A DNA stretch of 64,000 nt, taken from Lama guanicoe (taxonomy: Eukaryota). Under the pieces are notes generated by a model. The model was not told the origin of the DNA, made no database searches, and saw only the letters and a program-made list of their open reading frames with translations. Shown one piece after another: positions 1-12,362 of the stretch. Position 1 is the first letter of the stretch. Each line of letters opens with the position of its first letter. Where the stretch lies: assembly GCA_013239625.1 (NCBI GenBank), contig MU054391.1, forward strand, positions 9,085,095 through 9,149,094. The letters run 5' to 3'. Both the position numbers and the translations under genes were made by a program.

Positions 1-960
1 TTTCATGATGTTGAGTATGGCTGAGCTGGTGGTCGGTCCTACCACTGGTAAAGAAAGCTATCCTTAGGCTAGACCCTCAGCCTTTCTCTACTTTGGAGAG
101 TGATTCTGAAAAGCAAACTACTGAAAAAAAAAAAGAATATGTTTACCCCAAAGGGTGCTTTGTCTCCCATTTTGTAGTTAAGGAAAAAAAAATGTTGGGT
201 GTATGGTAAGAAGGGAGCCTACATATACTCTAAACAAACCAGCTCTGAAACACTGTTATTCCTAAAGTATATCCCTTTGTTAAAAAAAAAAATCCTGTAG
301 AAATAACATATATTGCATTTATTTTTTTAAATTAAAAGTATATTAATGAGCCAAATATATATATATATATATATATAAAGTTCTTCAGTGTTTAAAAATT
401 GAAATGCCTGTCATGATTATGTCATTCAATGAAGCAATACTATAGTTAATTAAAATTAGAAAACATAGAAGCAGCTGTAAATTCAGTGATATTACCTAGT
501 TTTATCAGATTTTCAGAATGTTGATGTCTATCTGCCTCTTTGTGTCACGTTTCTATGGTGAACGCTTTTGTTTGAATAATGATTTTTTTTAAGACAAGCA
601 TGCTATTGGTGTTTACAAAAGATTTACCTGAATAATCAGCATATCCTAATAGTCTTCAAACTATTGATTATTGTTGTGTTTGCTTTCAACACCCCTAAGA
701 ATTCAGTGTCTTCGGCATTTTGTACATGGAGCAGGGTCAAATTTCAGTGAAACTCATACTAATTGCACAAACATAATGCAGCTACCTAATTTACTTTCAC
801 CTACATGCCTGTTTTTAAAGTGTTCTGCTTTTTTTTAAACAAATGAGGAGACTCTAGTTAGATTTGGCATTCAGAGATGATTTGCCATGTGCATAAAGGG
901 TCTGTACCTGAAAAGCACAGGCTTTGAGATTTCTGGAAACATTATGAACTGTGCTTATAA
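1..960 (+). other. Possible distal 3' UTR / transcript end of a gene lying upstream of the window
   Basis: Repeat-free AT-rich sequence with several A and T runs. ATTAAA variant poly(A) signals near 331 and 449. Seed matches on + strand: miR-30 8mer TGTTTACA at 610-617 and miR-137 AGCAATA near 433. No coding sequence is visible and the gene is not identified. Confidence 0.3.
355..377. repeat. (TA)n microsatellite
   Basis: About 11 uninterrupted AT units read directly. Confidence 0.95.
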
Positions 961-2516
961 AATGATTGTCTAAGACCCAACTCGATTTTTGGTTGACAAT
1001 GACTAGCTATTAGCAGGAGATATATATATAATCCTTATAAACATATGTATGCATATGTATACACATTTACACATATATGTGCACATGGACATATGTGTAC
1101 CCATATATAAAGATACATTTCTACCTATAGTAATTGTGATTTCATTCAGAGATACATACACACACACATACATGCAAACTATTTTTTTTTTTTTAAACGG
1201 GGAGTGACTTGAGATCTGCATCAACAGGAAGAGTTCCAGGGGTCAAAATAGCTAATGAGTAACTGGACCGGCAAGGCAGCTACGCCCAAAACTAAACAAA
1301 AACAAAAAGAAGAAACTGTGGGAGTTGCAGTTAGTTTAGTCTCACTTTTAGAAGACGTATGTTCCTTGTTTCTCTAAAGCTGACAAAAGACTCAAAGGAA
1401 AGCCATAAAGATTAGGAAGCAATTGCAAAATGAGACACAAGATGAAGCGGGGAGGTTACGAGATGATAAAAGAAACTAATAAGCTTTTCAGCAGAGATAC
1501 CTGCTCTCCATTCTGTCTGAAGGCTGGAAAGCCAAGAGCTTATTTTCCAACTATTTAATAATTTATAAAATCGCTTTGATTTCGTAACTCCTAGGTTGTA
1601 TGTTTACCTCATTTGAACTTGTAATATAAGCGATTTGAGTATTTGAATATGTTGGGGGAAAGGAAAAACCGCCTTCTCTGACCTTACTGTGGGTGAGGTG
1701 TGTGATCCACGCATCCACTGAGAGCACCCAGATTATCAGTTGCCCATACTGGGGGCTTGGCACATAGTAGGTGCTCAGAATATGTAAGAACTGCGGCATT
1801 TCTCTACTTAAGTGGTACTTGGTGATACTTGATTGCTAGGAAAATCAGAAATCCCACCACTTGGCTTAACTCTAAGGAGAACCTAAATTTCTTTCACTGA
1901 AATTGGAGGGTTTTCTCACCTTAGAAGGCTCACAGAAATATAATTTATGAAGCTTAAGGCTGATTTCAGTTAAAGAGTATTCTGGATATTCTGTATGCTT
2001 CTAGGGGGAAAAAAAAAGCTATCAAAGCATCCAAAGAGAAAATCTCCTCTTGCCATTTGGTCAGAAAGGGGTAAGTAAACCAATACTACTGCAAGAACTC
2101 ACAACTTCATCTCTCATTTACCTCAAGGAGAGGTTTTTCTCACATGGAATCACAAGATGATTCCTTCAGAAGGAAGCTTATTATTGAAGCTCTTGCTAAA
2201 AATACTCTTCATATATGCAGGGAAAACCTACTAGATTGCTAGCATAACTCTCTGGGAAAATTAGATTTGATGGTGTTGGTCATGGGTATTTTTCTAAATA
2301 AACATTACTCATATATTAAAATCTCCAAATAATTGCTATGCCTGTTGGCTTTTATAATCCAATTATTTTTTAAATGTGAACATGAGTTCTGAACTTAATT
2401 TGGTTAAAGGGGAAAGGCTTGGAAAATATTAGATGTGGTTAGGGCCAATATCCTAAATTTTAAGCATAAAATAAATGCTTACCAAGTTAATTTGAGCTAC
2501 ATTCAGTGCTCAAAAA

Positions 2517-2546
2517 ATAAAACAAAACAAAACAAAACAAAAAAAC
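2517..2546. repeat. (AAAAC)n simple repeat
   Basis: aaaacaaaacaaaacaaaacaaaa read directly. Confidence 0.85.
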
Positions 2547-2956
2547 CAGAAAAGATCATATAAGGCGGCTGACTGCTGTTACGCTTTCTAAGGAAATTCT
2601 TGTCATCAATCTGTGACATAGACATTAATGTTCCATCCACGCCGCAGTGGGAAACTTGAGGGCCTCTTTGTTATAAGTATACTGATATTTGCTTTAACAA
2701 ATAAGTTATTCTAAATGGAATCATTTCCCCCTCCAACAGTCCTGCAACACACCAGCTCTTTGCTCAATGCCAAGCCCACTGTTTTCAGATTTCAGATTCT
2801 CCTGGGGAAGGAGCGGATCCGGAGAGAACCTACTGCCAATGATTTTGTAAAACACCTTCCAACTTCTAACAGCACAGGCTTCCTTTCATCCTGCTCCTGC
2901 TTCTCAGGGGAAGTGTTTGCTCAGGGTTTGAGCCAGAGAGACGCTAAGCTCAAGGG

Positions 2957-3145
2957 TAGGGCTTCCCCACTTAGCCAGTGAAAATGTAAGCCACTCAGTT
3001 ACTCTCGAACTTTAGATAAAAAATGGAAAACCATTTTAGTATAAGTATATCCCATGTCATATCTGGGACATACTTATACTAAAAATGATCTGTTCAACTG
3101 AAATTCAAACAAAACTCCACATCCAGTATTTTATCTGGCAACCCT
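2957..3145. mobile_element. MER53-like palindromic hAT MITE
   Basis: Central hairpin ttttagtataagtatatccca...tgggacatacttatactaaaa and right terminus gtattttatctggcaaccct match the MER53 consensus as recalled. The left arm is degenerate. Confidence 0.85.
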
Positions 3146-3569
3146 ACTCAAGGAAGACTTTATCATCTTCAAGAAGACTGAGACCTCTGCATTTTTAGAG
3201 GTGACCCACTAAGGACACATCCCCTACACACATCATGGAAGGCTTATCAGACCACTCATGTGATTTTAAGGCCAAAGCCAGAATCACGTCTGGAAAGGAG
3301 CATATAGTCCAAGAAGAGCCTCAGAAGGAAGAGTTCATGGGCTCCCTAGTCACTGAGTCAGCCCTGTGTAAGCGTGTGTGGGGATAGGGAAGAGTTTCTT
3401 GTGTCTTTCTTCTCTACTCTTGATTATATTTATAGGACACACCATCCTTTATCTGGAGGTATGATGGATACTTCACAGATACAGTCAGAAACACTCGAAG
3501 CCACTGTTTGTAAATCCACCTGCTGCTTATCCCAGTCTGGGTCCTCACCTCAACCTGGCTATTCCATAG

Positions 3570-4089
3570 CTTCCTCACCCATCTCTCTTCCCCTGGCTCC
3601 TCTGGCCAACCACCTTTAGCCATAGTGATCTTTCCAAATACAGACCCTTTGCTCACAAGATAAAGACCAAGCTCCTATGGGGCAGTCAGGGTGCAGCACG
3701 GTCCCACCCCTGTGCATGACCAGCTGCATTTCTCTCGAACTCTCAAAGTGTTGCATAGTATGTAATTTTCATTCAGGTTTCTGTGAATTTCTACCTTGTT
3801 CCCCTTTACCTCATTGCCATTCTTGATTCCTGAATGGAAAACTCTTATTTATCCATCCTTCTCAGTCTATCTCCAAAATACCTCAGCGTGGTTTTAGCAA
3901 CTTTCTCCTGTGTGCTCCCAGTGAATTTGTTTACACCTCCCCTAGACTCTCCTCGATGATAAATATTATTTGAATCTGTCTCTCCCTACACTGAGCTCTG
4001 TTAGAGGAGGCCCTGTGACGTTCTCATTTTTGCAGCTGCAAAGTCTAGCTCTTGCGATAGGTGTTCAATTAGAATCTATTGAATGAATG
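3570..4089 (+). mobile_element. LINE-2 3' fragment
   Basis: Pyrimidine-rich body ending in the L2 tail motif taggtgttcaat...ttgaatgaatg. Confidence 0.65.
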
Positions 4090-5389
4090 GACGAAGTGGA
4101 GAAGGAAGAAGGGTTGGCTCCTTCGGAAGTCTGTAAGGCCTGCTGCCCACGAGCTGACTCTGAGCCAAACCACAGGAGGAATGGGCTAAAAATATCACAT
4201 CTATCAACACATACAGGATTCTCCCTGAGAACCATACAGTAGAAAGTTAGTTTGTTTAGAAAATAAGCTGGAATTATGAGGAATCTACACTGTGTGATAT
4301 TACACTACAAATGATGGAAGATTAGCCACACGTAGTTTGAAAGTTTTCTCTGCCCTGGTGATACCTGGACAAGCACTGCTTCAACGGGTAACTTTATGAG
4401 TTTCATTACAATGGAAGGGCATATTTTTCTCCTCTTGGTAATTGAATTTCTGCCCCGGTGAGAGAGCTTTGAGAGTTGCAGATTTAGAAGACAGCTGAGA
4501 AGTGGTGAGAAGCAGAGATGAGACAAGACATTTCCCATATGGGCCACTTTAGTAAGTGGCCTAGATGGCCACATTCAGTCCCTGCAGAAAACGTCTCCTG
4601 AAAATCCAAGTCCTGCTCCCCTTTCGGAAAGTAAAATCTCTCCCAATCTTACTACTAAGCAAATACATCTACAGCGTGTGTAGAAGGAAGGAAAGGCTCC
4701 TCTCGCCTGACGATCCAACACGGGGAACAAAGGAAAGCCAATCTCCTTTGATTTTTTGATGCTTGGACCTCCAGGCTGGTTGGACAGCTAGGATAATTTG
4801 AAATTATTTGAAATGCAACTGAGCACTAAAAATGTAACTAGATTAATGAGTTATAAAATATATGTGGTTTTAGATTTGCTATTTTCCCTGGAACTCTCAG
4901 GAAGAGCATCTCATGCTTTTTTCCAGGGAGTTATTATTCTCTTAGCACCTCTGGACATTTAATATAGTTTAATATGGTTTTGGTCATGGTTATAGGTATC
5001 TGTACTTCAGAAAAGCCATTTTAATTTGTGATTTTAAACCATAATATCCTGCTGAGAAAAGAAATGTTAAAACTCAAGAATGGAGTACTTCTTGAGAATG
5101 AAATATTACTAATTTGGGGTTAGAAAGCCAGATAAATATGCAGTATGGTTAAAAAAAAATGCTTTTGCCCAGAAAGCAACTGCCAGAGGAGATAGAAGAC
5201 AAGATTTTTCATTCTGCAGCCTCACTACTCTGATTTCAGGAATCAGTGCCCCTTCGTGTGCATCTGTTTTATTTGCATGTAATTCTATGACGCAGAGTCT
5301 ACACAAGGAAACGGGAGCAGGGTAGTTACTCCACCCTCTACAGACCAACAAAATAAGTGCTTGGCAGCCCAGATCTGTTCTGCCCATGC

Positions 5390-5970
5390 TAGTCTTTAAG
5401 GGTTTTCCATAGCTTATCAAATAAAACCCAGACCTCATGGCATCATTCAAGTATGACTCCCTTCTACCCACTACACCCCAGCCTCTGAAGCTTCATCCCC
5501 TGACCCATCACTGCACATTCTAGCTGAGTCACCTGTGCTGAACCACTCACCCTTCTCCTAAAGCCTCGTCATTTTATGCCTTTGCTCAAACTGTTTCATT
5601 TGTGCGGAACATCCTTCTGCCCTCTTTGGCCTGATATCAAAATCCTCCTCATCCTTTATGACTCAGTCCACTTATCAGCTGTTCTGTGAAACCTCTCCTG
5701 AACCCCCCCTACTTCAACCACAACAGGCCAAATTAATCCTTTCACACTGAGCTCCTGCGGCTCTCTACCCAAATGCTTGATATTCACTCCACCCATTTAA
5801 TAGTCCGATTTTCAGCCCCTAAACCATGTCAAACACAATTTATTTAAGTTAATGGGAACCAGATTACCTTCTGAAATAGGTTTTAATCTTGAGGCAGAGA
5901 TCTTGGCATTTTGATCTTTGATTCCTTAGGAGCTAACATCTTGCCATAATAGATGCTCAACCAATGCTGA
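5390..5970 (+). mobile_element. LINE-2 3' fragment(s)
   Basis: L2-like motifs (ataaaacccagacctc, gcctttgctcaaactgtt, tgtgaaacctctcctga) and the tail atagatgctcaaccaatg. Confidence 0.55.
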
Positions 5971-8508
5971 CTTAATCCACTTCAGTTAACTTCATTCAAA
6001 AGCAACTATACTTCTACAAGAACAGTAGGTGCTATTTTTAAGTTAATGTTCTAATGGGAACATTAATCAACTCCCTATACATTCATTGAGTCTCTATTAA
6101 AGGCACGCCTTGTTTTTGCTTATGTGGATACAAAGCATGGTCTAGACTGAAGAACTCCATCTGGTAAGAAGACAGGCGCACTAATAGCCATAGTCCACTA
6201 CAGCCCGCAATACAGGTCATTACCAGGGTATCATTTTAAAAACAATGCCTTAGAAAGCTAAAGGAAGAAGCATTTGGAAGTAGATATCGACTTCAGGAAA
6301 TGAAAAGTCATTGGCTGGCATAGTAGATCTGAATGATGTTTTTAAGATAATTACACATTTTTGTTGAATCTTTACTAATAGTTGGGAAACACAGACATGT
6401 TTTTTATGTTATTTAAGTGTAATAGACTATCTTCCGTCATTTCTGTGTAAAATGCTATTTTTAGAGTGAGTTTGGTCCTTCAAATTCTGTAGAAGTGAGA
6501 TTTGAATATATTGAAGCAAAGCCCTTTTGCAGTGGAACTACTGTGATTGGCAGGTTATTAGCATTTAATTTACCAATTAATTCACCTCCCAGCATATCTC
6601 TGTAGGCAAGATCTTTGAGTGATAGATGAACTGGTTGCCTAAATTTAGTTCAGGGGGTTAAGAGAAATTCCCTAGTGAGAAACTGTGCGAATGAGGGGCT
6701 TCCTGGAGTGGGGCTGGACCCAAAGCAGTGGTGATCTTAGGCCACCTGAGGAAGATGCTCTTGCTCAAGGAGAGGGGCCGAGGCCACAGCCAGGAGGACA
6801 GGTCGGTTCTGAGTGGCAAAGTGAGCTACAGGGAAAAAAAAAATACAGCCAAGATGGTAGAAGCCATGAGGACACTGGTCAGAGGCAGTGTGCAAAGCGT
6901 GTCAAGAGTAAGGCCATTTTGCCAAGACAGAATGAATAGTTGAGGTGAAGCCATTGCTAAGAGGAAACTGACAACTCTGCGAAATGGTGCTGGCTCACCA
7001 TCAATATAAATATTTCAATTTTATAGCATATTGTGTTTAATTTTAAAATAGCCTTTGGGGAAAAAAAAGGAAATCTATTAACTTTGACAATGTTCCTTCA
7101 GTACAAATAATAGAATTTCTTTGAAGAAAAGCAAATCTCAACTTCTTGTCTAAGGAAACCCAAAATTTGCTCAGGTGTTTCCAACGGTCCTCGGGGAGAA
7201 GCACTGGCTTTCTAATGGCTTCTAATAATGTCAGTAAATATCTCCATGAAATGGAACACATAGACAAAATTTTCCTCCTGAAGTACAATTCCTATTTGCT
7301 TTAAAAAGGAGACATCCTAGATTATATACAAAGATTGAAAAATAGCCAAAATGTCCAGGTATACAAGTATCAGTAACTGTCTTGCAGGTCCCTTAAGTGT
7401 TGAATCTCATGCTAATGAATTCCAAAGAAAAATAGCTGACTTTATGCATTTATTTTAATAAGGCTGTGAAAACAGTCCATTTACAGTATAAAAACCCCTT
7501 GTGTTAAAAATGCTATGCAGAATATTTTAATAAATTAAATTTGTCTGCCTGTCAAATCTGTCAAATTGACAAGAACCCTCAAGGAGGACTGCTGATGCTG
7601 CCGTTCTGTTCCTCCAATAGGCTGACATTTGGAATTTCACATGGGCTGCTTAGAGCAAGAGTCCATCCATCAGAATAACTTTAAGTAACAAACACTAACA
7701 TAGTATCCTAAGTCTCCAATCTTATAAAGCTAGGATGACTTTTTTCTTTTGCAAACTCTTTCATTGCCTACAATAATGTCCTAAATATTAGATGTGTCTG
7801 TAATGGTGAAATCATCTAAGGAGGCAAATAAGTTGACGTCATCAGAGGAGTAACTGTTGACTTTTGCTCAATGTAGCTCCATTGTCATCCTCACCACCAA
7901 CCTGCATCAGTCTCGTTTCACTGTCCCCTGTGCACAAATGGAAGCACTGAGGCCTGGCAGGGGCGAACACCTAGCTCAGTATTAAAACATCCTGTATTTA
8001 GTAGAACCAGCACTTTAATTTAGGTGTCCTGATCTGAAGCCATTATGTTTTTTTGTCTCTCACAAGATTTTCCCGGAATAATCAAAGGTCTCCTTCCACT
8101 ATTTTCTCATAGGGGAAACCCACTTCATGCTTCCAGCTAACACGTGGGAGTATTTATACCAAACCTCTGGTAGCGGTTGGTGAGCAAGATAAACTCTTCA
8201 TTTTCCAAAATAACATATATATATATACATAAGACAGGTAGGCATTAGGAAAGTCTATCCCAACCCTGGATCAGCTCTACAACACTTACACTAATCACCT
8301 AGACTTGAGGTCCTGTCTCCTGGAATGAAGTCTCAAGTGCATGTCTGAAAGCCAGAAAGGAATCCAGCCTCAAGGCTGTGATTCTCTAGTTTTTCATCCT
8401 GAGCTTCAGAACCAAGGATATATTCATTGGGTGATATTCAAGGAGCCTGTATCTGTCACAGGAACCAGAGGACTGTGCATTTATTAATAATAATTCTTAT
8501 GCTGTTTG

Positions 8509-8727
8509 GTGACTATAGTTAATAATGCTGTATCGTATACTTGGAATTTGTGAAAAGAGTAGATCTTAAAAGTTCTCAGCACAAGAATGAAACGTAACCG
8601 TGTCCAGTGATGGATGTTAACTAGACTTATTGTGGTGATCATTTCACAATATATATGAATAGTGAATTATTGTGTTGTACACCTGAAACTAATAGAATGT
8701 TACATGTTAATTATATCTCAATAAAAA
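8509..8727 (+). mobile_element. Older L1 (L1MA/MB-type) 3' end
   Basis: gtgactatagttaataa...agagtagatcttaaaagttctca...tgtacacctgaaactaat...tatatctcaataaaa is a classic L1 3' UTR terminus. Confidence 0.85.
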
Positions 8728-8880
8728 CTATAGGAATAAAAAAATAATTGTTATGCTGCATATAGTGTTTGGGAAAATGTCTCTCAAAAACAGGCAGAAC
8801 AATAACCACAAATCAATATATACTATGTTTCTAATTCCTTGTAAGAAGTCTAATATTCTGGATTTTAAAAATGTGGCCAT

Positions 8881-9093
8881 GTACTGTGTAGCACAGGGAA
8901 ATATATACAGGATCTTACGGTGGCTCACAGTGAAAGAGAATGTGACAATGAATATATATGTTCATGTGTAAGTGAAAAATTGTGCTCTACACTGGAATTT
9001 GACACAACATTGTAAAGTGACTATAACTCAATAAAAAATGTTTATATATATTAAAAAAAAAGGTCATCCCTGGAAAGAAAAAAAGAAAAAAAG
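8881..9093 (+). mobile_element. Young 5'-truncated L1 3' end with perfect 14-bp TSD
   Basis: L1 3' UTR (gtagcacagggaaatata...gacacaacattgtaaa...ctcaataaaa) plus A-rich tail. Identical flanks aaaaatgtggccat at 8867-8880 and 9094-9107. Insertion site is tttt/aaaa. Confidence 0.92.
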
Positions 9094-10181
9094 AAAAATG
9101 TGGCCATAATTGCGATTACATTTTTCTGGCAACAGCCTGTAATAGTTGTACAAGTGACTGCCTGTTTAGTGGCTGGCCAGCCCTAACAGCAGGGTAATGG
9201 CATGAGTCAGGCCCTGCAGAGAGCTGGCTGAAGGACATATTTATACACGTAAAGAGGCCTGTTTAACTTCGCTAGGTGAGCAGTACCATGAGATACGGCA
9301 GTGAATCGATGTTTACCCATGGCCAGTCCCATGAAAGAATCTTATGACTCAACCCTTGGAATTTCCGTTTCTAAATGACATTAGTTATTCCTCATGAACC
9401 ATGAACTCACCAGAGATCAAAACAGACCACAGCAGATAGAATTCAGTACGTAAATCATCTAGCAGAAGGGTAGCATAATGAAAAGGACACTGGATTTTAA
9501 AAACTGCGTGGCTGTAAGTCTGACTCCTTGCTTTCTGGCTGAATGATCTTGGAAAGATCACCACCCGGGGCTTTGGTCGCTTCCCCTTCGAAAAAGATCA
9601 CGAACTCTAACTTGTAGGATTAGGATGAAGTTAAATTTTGAAATGGCTATAAAATTGTCCACCCATAGTGTTTTGTACATAAAAGGCAATCAGTTGTATC
9701 AAATGAACCTAAGTTAAAATATTAAGCGATATTTTTTAACCATTGAGGTTACAGGTTTTCTAAGTCCTGAATGGGTTTGCTTTGTCTCCACTTAGACAGG
9801 AAAACTTTGGAGAGAATGGATTTTGTCTTACTTATTTTTTTAGCCCTCTTAGCAGAATTTCAAGTATATAGTAATTGTTCAAAAACTTTCTGATCAAAAT
9901 CAGAGGGCTACTGAATGTCACCCAAATAGAAATACTGAGGAAGATGACTGTGGGTGGGTTTTAAAGGAAAACAGGAACTATTCTACTAAAGGGAAGACGA
10001 ATACCTACTCCCAATTTTTTATTCAATGATGACGTCTGAGCTGCATTGAAACCATACAAGAAGCACCTGTGGGTGTGTTTCAGCGGTCAGAGAATTCTCA
10101 AGGAATCATCCATCCTTCACAGGAACAGTTCACTCTTATCTGTGTTCCCTGTGGTTAATGGGCACTATGCTTGCAGTTAAC

Positions 10182-10365
10182 TTCTTTTTTAAATTGAAGT
10201 ACAGTCGATTTGTAATGTTACATTTCTAGTGTACAGCATAGTGATCAGTTTTACATATATATATATTCCTTTTCATATTAGTCTTCATTACAGGCTATTA
10301 CAAGGTATTGAATATAGTTCCCTGTGCTATACACAACTGGATAAAGAAGACGTATATATATACAC
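10182..10365 (-). mobile_element. Truncated L1 3' end with a short inverted ORF2-end piece
   Basis: Poly(T) followed by antisense L1 3' UTR to 10332. Then sense actggataaagaaga (10336-10350), identical to 12580-12594 of the L1 copy at 12363. Confidence 0.8.
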
Positions 10366-10799
10366 TGAAAGAAAGAACATTCAACATCAGAGCTGTTACC
10401 CACACTAACCCGGAGATACTGGCAAATCAGACTAATTTATCATAGTCTGGGCTAGTTGGTAGACTATGCCCCTTGGAAATACTTGGGAAAGAAAGTGATG
10501 AAACATGGAGGGGTTAATCACCTGAAATCACTGAAATCATCCCTTAAGGAAATAAAGAGCGCAGTTCTTTGGACTAGATAGTGAACGTGCCTCGAAATTC
10601 TCTCTCGTTGGAGAAGCAGAAAATGTCCCTAATGGTAAAGACCAGTAAAGAGAGAGGTGGGAGTGTAAGAGTTAGAAAAGAATATAAGAATTACAAAGGG
10701 TCAGAGATACAGAATATATTAGACATCAAGGAGAAGGAATTTACAGAACTGATCTACTTTAAACATAAGAAGTGATAAACAGTGAGTTCAAAATCTGCA

Positions 10800-10960
10800 C
10801 CTTCTTCGGGAGTGATGGAAACGTTAGCTAATTTGATGTGGTGGTGGTTTCACAGATGTAGACAGCTATCAAAATTCATCAAATTGTACGTCTGAAATAT
10901 GTGTAGTTTACTGTACAGGAATTACGCCACAATAAAGGTACTAAAATTTTTTTAAAAAAG
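10800..10960 (+). mobile_element. Ancient L1M 3' end
   Basis: gtgatggaaacgtt...tggtggtggtttcacag...tcaaaattcatcaaattgtac...caataaag is a typical L1MB-ME terminus. Confidence 0.75.
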
Positions 10961-11059
10961 AAATTCTTTAATGACATAGATGGCTTTTATCATGCTTATT
11001 GTCTGCTGTCATCGCCATGAGAGAAGAGGAAAAGGATACTGCACTTGTGATTTTGTTAT

Positions 11060-11410
11060 TGACTCAACATGGACTGTGTGCTGGGTATGCCTTGGGTGCC
11101 TGGGTGAGCAGAATAAAATCTCTGCCCTCACAGAGCTCACATGAGCAAGACAAACAGTAAGTGAATAAACAGACCTATATAATATAATGCAAAATGTCCG
11201 TCAGTGCAAGAAATAATAGTAAAGTACTCAAAAGGTATAGTGAGTGATGGGATGGGAAATGTGCTATTTTAGAATGAATGGTGGACTCTCACTCACTGAC
11301 AAACTGATATTTAAACCGAATTTCTGAGAAAATAAGGGAGTGACATGGAGCCTTATCTAGAGGAAGACTTTTCCAAACAGAGGGAACAGCAATTGTAAAG
11401 GAAGATGGAG
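11060..11410 (-). mobile_element. LINE-2 fragment
   Basis: tgtgctggg...tctctgccctcacagagctcaca...cagagggaacagc are antisense L2 3' motifs. Confidence 0.7.
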
Positions 11411-11979
11411 AGAACGAGAGTCAAGTGCCGATGGCGAATACACCACAGGAATGCTGCCACCCTCTCCTCCCCTGCCCTGGGAGGAGAGACAGCGAAGACA
11501 TCAGTCCCTGTACTTCTCACTGAGCTGACACAGCCTCAGATCCTTCTGAACCCAGCACCTTGATAAACTAGCAATAGGTAAGAGGAAGCAGGGGGATGAA
11601 AGCCATTGGTTATCACTGCCTCCGAGTTCACACTTCTAAATTCTAGCTCATAACCCTGTTTTCAGATTAATTTTCCAGTGTCGTTGATACTACCTACCTC
11701 TAGTGTGTGTGTGGTTGGGAGAAGCATAAGGACCAGGAAAATCTCATTGCCAAGGTTCCTCATTTATTCACGGATTAAAATAGTTACTACTTGGTACTGC
11801 TATATATATCAGGCGCTCTACGAAGTCTTCAGGATCTAGTAATAAAGTATTTTTATTACCTCATAAATCAGAAAGATGTGGAAAAAATCATTACAGTACA
11901 GTGAAATAAATACTGTAGGAGCTCTGAGAAAAGTATGCCTAATTTGACAAGTAATGGGGCCTGGCTCGGAAAGGAATTA

Positions 11980-12226
11980 CGGTGTCACAGAAAGGACAAA
12001 GGCTTTAGGAGCAAAGAGACTTGTGTTCTATTCCAGGTGTGCTAGGGGTGCTTTGTTGCTTTTTTGGTTTTTCTAGAGAGTTGTGTGACCTTTGGGGAAT
12101 TTAGTTAACCTCCATGAACCTTGAATAATACCTCTTGTTCATCAATTGGTCATAAAATATAAAAGAGACATCATAAGTAAAGTATGTGGCATAGAGCCTA
12201 GCACATAATAGACACTCAGTAAATAG
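11980..12226 (+). mobile_element. MIR SINE
   Basis: ggctttaggag...tgtgtgacctttggg...ttaacctc and the tail ctagcacataatagacactcagtaaat. Confidence 0.7.
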
Positions 12227-12362
12227 AAGTTTTTGTGTTAAGGAAAATTTGAAATGGGAGATGACATTTGTGATAATGGAGGAAAGTTCAGATCACCAGT
12301 AGATTAAAGATGGAAAAAGAAGCAAGACAGAGTTCTATGTCTTTAATCAAAATGGCATGAAA

